NCBI GenBank assembly: GCA_964016885.1
Contig: OZ024743.1
Span: 251,720,001-251,784,000 of the forward strand
Reading direction: 5' to 3'
Origin: Eledone cirrhosa
Taxonomy: Eukaryota
Length of the DNA: 64,000 bases
Part shown: piece by piece, positions 29,601 through 39,644 of the stretch
Layout: the number at the start of each line of letters is the position of its first letter
Position numbering within the stretch: position 1 is the first letter of the stretch
Notes under the pieces: model-generated
The model's database searches: none
Told to the model about the DNA's origin: nothing
Seen by the model: only the letters and a program-made list of their open reading frames with translations
Made by a program: the position numbers and the translations under genes

Positions 29601-32600
29601 ATCGCTTGTTAAACATTCATAACCTTCTATCTTAATTCTATCGTATTCGTCCAATTCCTTAATTCTATCGTATTCTCAAACAAAAAACAAAATCCTTTCC
29701 CATTCTACTTATAAATTACTTTAAATATATATAGTATGCTACTTGAAAGTCAAAAATCCGCTCCACCCCTTCACCCTCCTTGCTACCCCACGAGGGGCTG
29801 CGGTCAGCCACAATATCTCTCCCCCTTCGCCCCCCCCTCTCTTTCTTCCCCTCTATCTCTCTCTTAGCTACACACACACACACACACATATATATATAAG
29901 ATAAGTTCTCCTTCATGTTTATTTCACTTTCGCCAATCCACCACTGCTTCAATTATCTCTATGATGTACTCATGTAAACCGTAAAGTACAAATTATTCTC
30001 TCCTTTCCACGCTCAATTTCGTACATAGTCCAAACAAACATCCAATCTCGCAAAATCCGAAATCTGTATTTTTTGTTATCTATTTAAGGTTTAAATACGG
30101 TGTTTTTGTCGTATTGAACAGAACAAATCTTGCAGTTTTGCTTTTTGTTAAATCGCTTGTTAAACATTCATAACCTTCTATCTTAATTCTATCGTATTCG
30201 TCCAATTCCTTAATTCTATCGTATTCTCAAACAAAAAACAAAATCCTTTCCCATTCTACTTATAAATTACTTTAAATATATATAGTATGCTACTTGAAAG
30301 TCAAAAATCCGCTCCACCCCTTCACCCTCCTTGCTACCCCACGAGGGGCTGCGGTCAGCCACAATATCTCTCCCCCTTCGCCCCCCCCCTCTCTTTCTTC
30401 CCCTCTATCTCTCTCTTAGCTACACACACACACACACACATATATATATAAGATAAGTTCTCCTTCATGTTTATTTCACTTTCGCCAATCCACCACTGCT
30501 TCAATTATCTCTATGATGTACTCATGTAAACCGTAAAGTACAAATTATTCTCTCCTTTCCACGCTCAATTTCGTACATAGTCCAAACAAACATCCAATCT
30601 CGCAAAATCCGAAATCTGTATTTTTTGTTATCTATTTAAGGTTTAAATACGGTGTTTTTGTCGTATTGAACAGAACAAATCTTGCAGTTTTGCTTTTTGT
30701 TAAATCGCTTGTTAAACATTCATAACCTTCTATCTTAATTCTATCGTATTCGTCCAATTCCTTAATTCTATCGTATTCTCAAACAAAAAACAAAATCCTT
30801 TCCCATTCTACTTATAAATTACTTTAAATATATATAGTATGCTACTTGAAAGTCAAAAATCCGCTCCACCCCTTCACCCTCCTTGCTACCCCACGAGGGG
30901 CTGCGGTCAGCCACAATATCTCTCCCCCTTCGCCCCCCCCCTCTCTTTCTTCCCCTCTATCTCTCTCTTAGCTACACACACACACACACACATATATATA
31001 TAAGATAAGTTCTCCTTCATGTTTATTTCACTTTCGCCAATCCACCACTGCTTCAATTATCTCTATGATGTACTCATGTAAACCGTAAAGTACAAATTAT
31101 TCTCTCCTTTCCACGCTCAATTTCGTACATAGTCCAAACAAACATCCAATCTCGCAAAATCCGAAATCTGTATTTTTTGTTATCTATTTAAGGTTTAAAT
31201 ACGGTGTTTTTGTCGTATTGAACAGAACAAATCTTGCAGTTTTGCTTTTTGTTAAATCGCTTGTTAAACATTCATAACCTTCTATCTTAATTCTATCGTA
31301 TTCGTCCAATTCCTTAATTCTATCGTATTCTCAAACAAAAAACAAAATCCTTTCCCATTCTACTTATAAATTACTTTAAATATATATAGTATGCTACTTG
31401 AAAGTCAAAAATCCGCTCCACCCCTTCACCCTCCTTGCTACCCCACGAGGGGCTGCGGTCAGCCACAATATCTCTCCCCCTTCGCCCCCCCCCTCTCTTT
31501 CTTCCCCTCTATCTCTCTCTTAGCTACACACACACACACACACATATATATATAAGATAAGTTCTCCTTCATGTTTATTTCACTTTCGCCAATCCACCAC
31601 TGCTTCAATTATCTCTATGATGTACTCATGTAAACCGTAAAGTACAAATTATTCTCTCCTTTCCACGCTCAATTTCGTACATAGTCCAAACAAACATCCA
31701 ATCTCGCAAAATCCGAAATCTGTATTTTTTGTTATCTATTTAAGGTTTAAATACGGTGTTTTTGTCGTATTGAACAGAACAAATCTTGCAGTTTTGCTTT
31801 TTGTTAAATCGCTTGTTAAACATTCATAACCTTCTATCTTAATTCTATCGTATTCGTCCAATTCCTTAATTCTATCGTATTCTCAAACAAAAAACAAAAT
31901 CCTTTCCCATTCTACTTATAAATTACTTTAAATATATATAGTATGCTACTTGAAAGTCAAAAATCCGCTCCACCCCTTCACCCTCCTTGCTACCCCACGA
32001 GGGGCTGCGGTCAGCCACAATATCTCTCCCCCTTCGCCCCCCCCTCTCTTTCTTCCCCTCTATCTCTCTCTTAGCTACACACACACACACACACATATAT
32101 ATATAAGATAAGTTCTCCTTCATGTTTATTTCACTTTCGCCAATCCACCACTGCTTCAATTATCTCTATGATGTACTCATGTAAACCGTAAAGTACAAAT
32201 TATTCTCTCCTTTCCACGCTCAATTTCGTACATAGTCCAAACAAACATCCAATCTCGCAAAATCCGAAATCTGTATTTTTTGTTATCTATTTAAGGTTTA
32301 AATACGGTGTTTTTGTCGTATTGAACAGAACAAATCTTGCAGTTTTGCTTTTTGTTAAATCGCTTGTTAAACATTCATAACCTTCTATCTTAATTCTATC
32401 GTATTCGTCCAATTCCTTAATTCTATCGTATTCTCAAACAAAAAACAAAATCCTTTCCCATTCTACTTATAAATTACTTTAAATATATATAGTATGCTAC
32501 TTGAAAGTCAAAAATCCGCTCCACCCCTTCACCCTCCTTGCTACCCCACGAGGGGCTGCGGTCAGCCACAATATCTCTCCCCCTTCGCCCCCCCCCTCTC

Positions 32601-35600
32601 TTTCTTCCCCTCTATCTCTCTCTTAGCTACACACACACACACACACATATATATATAAGATAAGTTCTCCTTCATGTTTATTTCACTTTCGCCAATCCAC
32701 CACTGCTTCAATTATCTCTATGATGTACTCATGTAAACCGTAAAGTACAAATTATTCTCTCCTTTCCACGCTCAATTTCGTACATAGTCCAAACAAACAT
32801 CCAATCTCGCAAAATCCGAAATCTGTATTTTTTGTTATCTATTTAAGGTTTAAATACGGTGTTTTTGTCGTATTGAACAGAACAAATCTTGCAGTTTTGC
32901 TTTTTGTTAAATCGCTTGTTAAACATTCATAACCTTCTATCTTAATTCTATCGTATTCGTCCAATTCCTTAATTCTATCGTATTCTCAAACAAAAAACAA
33001 AATCCTTTCCCATTCTACTTATAAATTACTTTAAATATATATAGTATGCTACTTGAAAGTCAAAAATCCGCTCCACCCCTTCACCCTCCTTGCTACCCCA
33101 CGAGGGGCTGCGGTCAGCCACAATATCTCTCCCCCTTCGCCCCCCCCCCTCTCTTTCTTCCCCTCTATCTCTCTCTTAGCTACACACACACACACACACA
33201 TATATATATAAGATAAGTTCTCCTTCATGTTTATTTCACTTTCGCCAATCCACCACTGCTTCAATTATCTCTATGATGTACTCATGTAAACCGTAAAGTA
33301 CAAATTATTCTCTCCTTTCCACGCTCAATTTCGTACATAGTCCAAACAAACATCCAATCTCGCAAAATCCGAAATCTGTATTTTTTGTTATCTATTTAAG
33401 GTTTAAATACGGTGTTTTTGTCGTATTGAACAGAACAAATCTTGCAGTTTTGCTTTTTGTTAAATCGCTTGTTAAACATTCATAACCTTCTATCTTAATT
33501 CTATCGTATTCGTCCAATTCCTTAATTCTATCGTATTCTCAAACAAAAAACAAAATCCTTTCCCATTCTACTTATAAATTACTTTAAATATATATAGTAT
33601 GCTACTTGAAAGTCAAAAATCCGCTCCACCCCTTCACCCTCCTTGCTACCCCACGAGGGGCTGCGGTCAGCCACAATATCTCTCCCCCTTCGCCCCCCCC
33701 CCTCTCTTTCTTCCCCTCTATCTCTCTCTTAGCTACACACACACACACACACATATATATATAAGATAAGTTCTCCTTCATGTTTATTTCACTTTCGCCA
33801 ATCCACCACTGCTTCAATTATCTCTATGATGTACTCATGTAAACCGTAAAGTACAAATTATTCTCTCCTTTCCACGCTCAATTTCGTACATAGTCCAAAC
33901 AAACATCCAATCTCGCAAAATCCGAAATCTGTATTTTTTGTTATCTATTTAAGGTTTAAATACGGTGTTTTTGTCGTATTGAACAGAACAAATCTTGCAG
34001 TTTTGCTTTTTGTTAAATCGCTTGTTAAACATTCATAACCTTCTATCTTAATTCTATCGTATTCGTCCAATTCCTTAATTCTATCGTATTCTCAAACAAA
34101 AAACAAAATCCTTTCCCATTCTACTTATAAATTACTTTAAATATATATAGTATGCTACTTGAAAGTCAAAAATCCGCTCCACCCCTTCACCCTCCTTGCT
34201 ACCCCACGAGGGGCTGCGGTCAGCCACAATATCTCTCCCCCTTCGCCCCCCCCCCTCTCTTTCTTCCCCTCTATCTCTCTCTTAGCTACACACACACACA
34301 CACACATATATATATAAGATAAGTTCTCCTTCATGTTTATTTCACTTTCGCCAATCCACCACTGCTTCAATTATCTCTATGATGTACTCATGTAAACCGT
34401 AAAGTACAAATTATTCTCTCCTTTCCACGCTCAATTTCGTACATAGTCCAAACAAACATCCAATCTCGCAAAATCCGAAATCTGTATTTTTTGTTATCTA
34501 TTTAAGGTTTAAATACGGTGTTTTTGTCGTATTGAACAGAACAAATCTTGCAGTTTTGCTTTTTGTTAAATCGCTTGTTAAACATTCATAACCTTCTATC
34601 TTAATTCTATCGTATTCGTCCAATTCCTTAATTCTATCGTATTCTCAAACAAAAAACAAAATCCTTTCCCATTCTACTTATAAATTACTTTAAATATATA
34701 TAGTATGCTACTTGAAAGTCAAAAATCCGCTCCACCCCTTCACCCTCCTTGCTACCCCACGAGGGGCTGCGGTCAGCCACAATATCTCTCCCCCTTCGCC
34801 CCCCCCTCTCTTTCTTCCCCTCTATCTCTCTCTTAGCTACACACACACACACACACATATATATATAAGATAAGTTCTCCTTCATGTTTATTTCACTTTC
34901 GCCAATCCACCACTGCTTCAATTATCTCTATGATGTACTCATGTAAACCGTAAAGTACAAATTATTCTCTCCTTTCCACGCTCAATTTCGTACATAGTCC
35001 AAACAAACATCCAATCTCGCAAAATCCGAAATCTGTATTTTTTGTTATCTATTTAAGGTTTAAATACGGTGTTTTTGTCGTATTGAACAGAACAAATCTT
35101 GCAGTTTTGCTTTTTGTTAAATCGCTTGTTAAACATTCATAACCTTCTATCTTAATTCTATCGTATTCGTCCAATTCCTTAATTCTATCGTATTCTCAAA
35201 CAAAAAACAAAATCCTTTCCCATTCTACTTATAAATTACTTTAAATATATATAGTATGCTACTTGAAAGTCAAAAATCCGCTCCACCCCTTCACCCTCCT
35301 TGCTACCCCACGAGGGGCTGCGGTCAGCCACAATATCTCTCCCCCTTCGCCCCCCCCTCTCTTTCTTCCCCTCTATCTCTCTCTTAGCTACACACACACA
35401 CACACACATATATATATAAGATAAGTTCTCCTTCATGTTTATTTCACTTTCGCCAATCCACCACTGCTTCAATTATCTCTATGATGTACTCATGTAAACC
35501 GTAAAGTACAAATTATTCTCTCCTTTCCACGCTCAATTTCGTACATAGTCCAAACAAACATCCAATCTCGCAAAATCCGAAATCTGTATTTTTTGTTATC

Positions 35601-35698
35601 TATTTAAGGTTTAAATACGGTGTTTTTGTCGTATTGAACAGAACAAATCTTGCAGTTTTGCTTTTTGTTAAATCGCTTGTTAAACATTCATAACCTTC
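1..35698. repeat. Satellite DNA: tandem array of a ~551-bp monomer (64 full units plus ~405 bp), open at the window start
   Basis: ACCCTCCTTGCTACCCCACG recurs at 1, 553, 1105, 1656, 2209 ... 34742, 35293. Units are mostly 551-553 bp because a C-run varies (C8/C9/C10). The last unit stops at ...CATAACCTTC (35698). Each monomer contains a CT-rich tract, (CA)9(TA)5 and an 18-bp direct repeat CTTAATTCTATCGTATTC (411-428 and 438-455). Confidence 0.99.
7170..20951. repeat. 11-monomer higher-order repeat (6,064-bp period, ~2.3 copies) within the satellite
   Basis: A rare GCTTAA variant occurs only at 10656 and 16720, 6064 bp apart (8x551 + 3x552). The pattern of GAAC/GAAT variant plus C-run length in units 14-24 recurs exactly in units 25-35 and 36-38. 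Confidence 0.85.
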
Positions 35699-35754
35699 CA
35701 GCTAGCTACCCCACACCCCTCCCTCCCACCCCCACACGCCACCATACTTAATAC

Positions 35755-35885
35755 GTGGACCAATCATAAGCCAGAGCCCCCCCCCCCGCATCACCACCAT
35801 TATTATAAGCCAGAGCCCCCCTTCCCCCACCCCCACGCATCACCATTATTATTATTATTACGCGGACCAAATCATAAGCCAGAGG
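35755..35885 (+). repeat. Three imperfect short tandem units containing ATAAGCCAGAG, between the satellite and the LINE
   Basis: ATAAGCCAGAG occurs at 35766, 35805 and 35874. The flanking CG(T/C)GGACCAA and CGCATCACCA motifs each occur twice. Confidence 0.8.
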
Positions 35886-38800
35886 CCTATACTATCGCTT
35901 GCCCGGTTGCCTTCGATATATGATGGATGGATGGATGGACGGACGGACCGCGGAATCCTGGAGAGTGGAAGGGAGAGAAAAATCTGGACGCCCAGAGCGA
36001 AAATGCCAAAGTTAAAGTCAAATTCACCTCGTGGACGAGAATGCGAGCACTCCTCTTTGTTTCGTCCGCGGATGGCTAACATAACCCTATCTCCTCCCGC
36101 CCCCCACCACCCCCACCCTCCAAACGCAACCCAAAACTTCAGAGTTGGTACCATAAATGTAGGCACCCTAAAGGGTCGCGCTAACGAGGTTGTAGAAATG
36201 CTTGAACGTAAGGAGGTCGATGTTTGTTGTATTCAAGAGACCAGGTGGAGGGGTGGGTCTGCTAGATTCATTGAGGGTAAAAAACGATGTTATAAGCTTT
36301 TCTGGGTGGGAAACGACGATGGGCTGGGTGGAGTAGGAATCATGGTAGCAGAAAAGTGGGCAGATAAGATAATAGACGTAAATAGAGTGAACGACAGAAT
36401 AATTAAAATAAGACTTGTCCTCAATAGAACTACGGTGACAGTAATATCTGCGTACGCACCCCAATCCGGACTGCCCGGCACTATAAAAGACAGATTCTAT
36501 GAGACACTGTTGCTAACTACCTCCCAAATATCTGACAGTGACTATATAATTATTGCAGGCGACCTAAATGGTCACGTTGGACAACATTGTGACGGCTACG
36601 ACGAAATCCATGGAGGCTATGGGTTTGGTACTAGAAATGAGGAAGGCTCCAGAATCCTGGAATACTGTGATGCAAATAACCTAACTATCTGTAATACTAA
36701 CTTCAAAAAACGTGACAATCACCTGATTACCTATAGATCCGGGGAACACACAAGCCAGGTAGATTATATCCTTACCAGAAGACGTGACAGAGTGTCTGTT
36801 GTAAACACTAAATCCCTCCCCCATGAAGAATGCACCTCCCAACATAGACTGATAATTAGCGACCTCATAGTCAGGACGAGACGTACCCGACAGCAGAAGA
36901 GGACTAACCTCAGGAGAAAAATATGGAAGCTAAAGGACCCCACAGCCAGAAATAAATTTCAAAGCATATTACTTGATGCTTTCGACAGTAAGGAAGAGCA
37001 TCTAGAATCGGACAATATAGAGGGACAGTGGAAATTTCTGAAAGCAAACCTGCTGTTGGCGACAGACGAGGTCTGTGGCTGGAGCAGGCCTGTAGGCAGG
37101 AGGAGAGTAACATGGTGGTGGAACAATAGGGTGGAGGGGTCAATTAAGGCCAAAAAGCAGGCTTGGAAAGTATGGCGGGATGGGGGAAGTAGAGTAGACT
37201 ATCAAGTGGTCAGGAGGGAAGCTAGGAGAGAAGTGTACTTAGCAAGAAGGGAAGCGGAGGAAAGAAAGTTCAAGCATGTTCTACAACGCGATGACCAAAA
37301 ACGTGAGGTGTTCAGGATTGCCAGGCAATGCGTCAAGGAAAACCGTGATATTGTCGGGGAGAAGTGTGTACTTAACGATGATGGCATACTTGCCATCACC
37401 GACACTGATAAGAAGGTAGCTTGGAAGTGTCACTATGAAAGGCTACTAAATGAGGAGAATAAATGGGAGAAAGACAGTCTCCCCCATATCGACCCGATAG
37501 AGGGACCAGCAGTGTTAGTCGAGGGGAGTATAATAAGTAAGGCAATCAAGGATATGAAGACTGGTAAGGCGGCTGGGCCTTCGGAAATAGTTGCTGAGAT
37601 GCTGAAGGCATCTGGCACGGTGGGACACACCATGGTCACCCGCATAGTTAACCAAGTCGTACAGAATGGGGTTGTTCCGAAGGACTGGCATAGCAGCATC
37701 ATCGTTAACTGTTATAAGGGTAAAGGAGACGCCCTAGATAGGAGTAACTATAGAGGCATTAAATTAATCGACCAGGTCATGAAGGTCACGGAAAAAGTAA
37801 TAGCGCAACTAATCAGAGAGAGAATTGATCTAGATGAAATGCAGTTCGGGTTTGTGTCAGGCAAAAGCACCACAGACGCTCTTTTCATAGTACGACAACT
37901 ACAGGAGAAGTACCTAGCTAAAGGTAAACCCCTCTACTTAGCTTTTGTCGACCTGGAGAAAGCCTTCGACAGAGTCCCCCGCTCCATTATCTGGTGGGCT
38001 CTTAGAAAACTAGGCGTTGACGAATGGCTTGTGAGGGCTATACAAGCCATGTATAAAGAAACAGTCAGCAAGGTTAGAATTAACAACGAATATAGTGAAG
38101 AGTTTAGCGTAAAAGTTGGCGTCCATCAGGGCTCTGTTCTCAGCCCCCTACTATTTATTATTGCCCTTCAGGCTATAACAGAGGAGTTCAAGACAGGCTG
38201 CCCATGGGAACTCCTATACGCAGACGACCTGACACTCATAGCGGAATCAATGGCCGAGCTAGAGAAGAAATTCCAAACATGGAAGCACGGCCTAGAGTCA
38301 AAAGGACTTAAAATTAACCTGGCTAAGACCAAAGTTCTAGTTTGTAGGAAAGAAAACAAGGCGGCGGTCCCTTCTGGGAAATGGTCGTGCTCGGTATGTA
38401 GGAAAGGCGTAGGTAGAAACTCCATCTTATGTCCTAAATGCAAAGTATGGGTGCATAAAAGATGTAGTGGGATCACAGGTAAGCTAACTAAGAACATAGA
38501 CTTTACATGTGGCCGATGTTCTGGTGCAATAAGTAGCAGCAAGTGCCCACAAAATACTAGCTCTTTCAATTGCGCAGAGGGTTCTATAGAAATAGTGGAC
38601 AGCTTCCGTTACCTGGGCGATAAAATCAGCAGTGGGGGAGGGTGCTCTGAAAGTACTGTAGCTAGGGTCAGAACTGGTTGGAAAAAGTTCAGAGAGCTTA
38701 TACCACTATTAGCTGCTAAAGGGTTCTCCCTAAAAATGAAAGGCAGGTTGTACGATGCCTGCATACGAACAGCAATGTTGCATGGTAGTGAGACCTGGGC

Positions 38801-39538
38801 ATTGTGTGCAGAGGATATACGCAGACTAGAGAGGAACGAAGCTTGCATGCTCCGCTGGATGTGTAACAGTAATATACGTGAACGGCAAAGCATAAACGAA
38901 CTAAGGAAAAAATTAGAGATAAGAGGGATCAGATGTTGTTTACTCGAGAGAAGGCTGCGTTGGTATGGACACGTGATGCGCATGAAAGTCGATAGCTGTA
39001 TTACAAAGTGCAGGGCAATAAAGATAGACGGTAGCCACGGAATAGGCAGACCTAGAAAAACATGGGATGAGCTGATAAACTCCGACCTCATACACTTACA
39101 CCTCTCCAAGACAATGTCACTGGACCGTGACCTTTGGCGGTACTCAGTAACAGAGAAGACCCGCCTTGCCAGTAGGCATCTCTAACAAACTACACCCCGC
39201 CCCGCCACCACCCCCACCCCATCCACACCACCCCGTTCCATGTAAAGTTATGTTGGTGCCGCGCCATCCAGGCCGAAACAAACGAGATCGTGTAGGTGTC
39301 ACGACAAAAAAACACAGTCCACGCTGTAATGTGGCCGTGTAGGCAACACGGTAAAAACCTCCCAGACCCACACTGTAAATGTGGTTGGTGTTAGGAAGGG
39401 CATCCAACTGTAGAAAATCTGCCAGACAGTCCTATGCGAGCAAGACAATCACTCTTGCCTCAAGTGGGACTACCCCCGTCCAAACCCATGCAAGCGTGGA
39501 ACACGGACGTTAAACGTTGATGATGATGATGATGATGA

Positions 39539-39542
<4 letters not shown>
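35882..39542 (+). mobile_element. Full-length, apparently intact RTE-clade non-LTR retrotransposon
   Basis: It has a single EN-RT ORF, a ~330-bp 3' UTR, a terminal stem-loop and a (TGA)n tail at 39518-39542 followed by (AT)n. Homology with the second copy starts near 35950. The exact 5' end is uncertain. Confidence 0.93.
36003..39185 (+). CDS. RTE polyprotein: APE-type endonuclease, reverse transcriptase and PHD-type zinc finger
   Basis: The frame is open from 35907 (TTG) to 39185. EN motifs: GTINVGTL, IQETRW, SAYAPQ, GDLNGHVG, QVDYIL, SQHR. RT motifs: NYRGIKL, QFGF, FVDLEKAFD, GVHQGSVLSPLLF, YADD (38217-38228), FRYLG. C-terminus: RRLRWYGHV...GRPRKTW. ATG 36003 was chosen because the minus-strand copy has the matching ATG at 43217. 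An upstream ATG exists at 35931. Confidence 0.93.
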   Translation: MPKLKSNSPRGRECEHSSLFRPRMANITLSPPAPHHPHPPNATQNFRVGTINVGTLKGRANEVVEMLERKEVDVCCIQETRWRGGSARFIEGKKRCYKLFWVGNDDGLGGVGIMVAEKWADKIIDVNRVNDRIIKIRLVLNRTTVTVISAYAPQSGLPGTIKDRFYETLLLTTSQISDSDYIIIAGDLNGHVGQHCDGYDEIHGGYGFGTRNEEGSRILEYCDANNLTICNTNFKKRDNHLITYRSGEHTSQVDYILTRRRDRVSVVNTKSLPHEECTSQHRLIISDLIVRTRRTRQQKRTNLRRKIWKLKDPTARNKFQSILLDAFDSKEEHLESDNIEGQWKFLKANLLLATDEVCGWSRPVGRRRVTWWWNNRVEGSIKAKKQAWKVWRDGGSRVDYQVVRREARREVYLARREAEERKFKHVLQRDDQKREVFRIARQCVKENRDIVGEKCVLNDDGILAITDTDKKVAWKCHYERLLNEENKWEKDSLPHIDPIEGPAVLVEGSIISKAIKDMKTGKAAGPSEIVAEMLKASGTVGHTMVTRIVNQVVQNGVVPKDWHSSIIVNCYKGKGDALDRSNYRGIKLIDQVMKVTEKVIAQLIRERIDLDEMQFGFVSGKSTTDALFIVRQLQEKYLAKGKPLYLAFVDLEKAFDRVPRSIIWWALRKLGVDEWLVRAIQAMYKETVSKVRINNEYSEEFSVKVGVHQGSVLSPLLFIIALQAITEEFKTGCPWELLYADDLTLIAESMAELEKKFQTWKHGLESKGLKINLAKTKVLVCRKENKAAVPSGKWSCSVCRKGVGRNSILCPKCKVWVHKRCSGITGKLTKNIDFTCGRCSGAISSSKCPQNTSSFNCAEGSIEIVDSFRYLGDKISSGGGCSESTVARVRTGWKKFRELIPLLAAKGFSLKMKGRLYDACIRTAMLHGSETWALCAEDIRRLERNEACMLRWMCNSNIRERQSINELRKKLEIRGIRCCLLERRLRWYGHVMRMKVDSCITKCRAIKIDGSHGIGRPRKTWDELINSDLIHLHLSKTMSLDRDLWRYSVTEKTRLASRHL

Positions 39543-39598
<56 letters not shown>
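39543..39598. repeat. (AT)n microsatellite after the RTE tail
   Basis: Pure AT dinucleotide run. Confidence 0.97.
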
Positions 39599-39601
<3 letters not shown>

Positions 39602-39644
39602 CCATTGAAATTAATGGATTGGGAGAAGAGATCTCGTATATATA

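Noticed and set aside
1048-35472. Dozens of identical 78-aa/71-aa minus-strand ORFs (MKQWWIGESE...)
   Set aside because: They start at TTG, read through microsatellite and homopolymer sequence, and are frameshifted freely by C8/C9/C10 variation. No domain is recognisable.
1-35698. Array as a CRISPR locus or a tandem 5S/snRNA/tRNA/histone gene cluster
   Set aside because: There are no variable spacers. I found no 5S, U1/U2/U6/U7, cloverleaf or histone signatures on either strand. An Rfam search would be decisive.
35699-35708. CTAG just after the array as a Helitron 3' end
   Set aside because: There is no GC-rich hairpin 10-15 nt upstream and no other Helitron hallmark.
36020-36090. HDV-like ribozyme near the RTE 5' end (ACCTCGT, an 11-bp hairpin, GGCTAA)
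   Set aside because: No P1 or P2 partners were found, and the hairpin is not conserved in the minus-strand copy.
36168-39109. Antisense ORFs overlapping the RTE coding region (also at 51106-52688, 55937-56725 and 63672-63980)
   Set aside because: They are shadow frames of retrotransposon ORFs with no independent coding signal.
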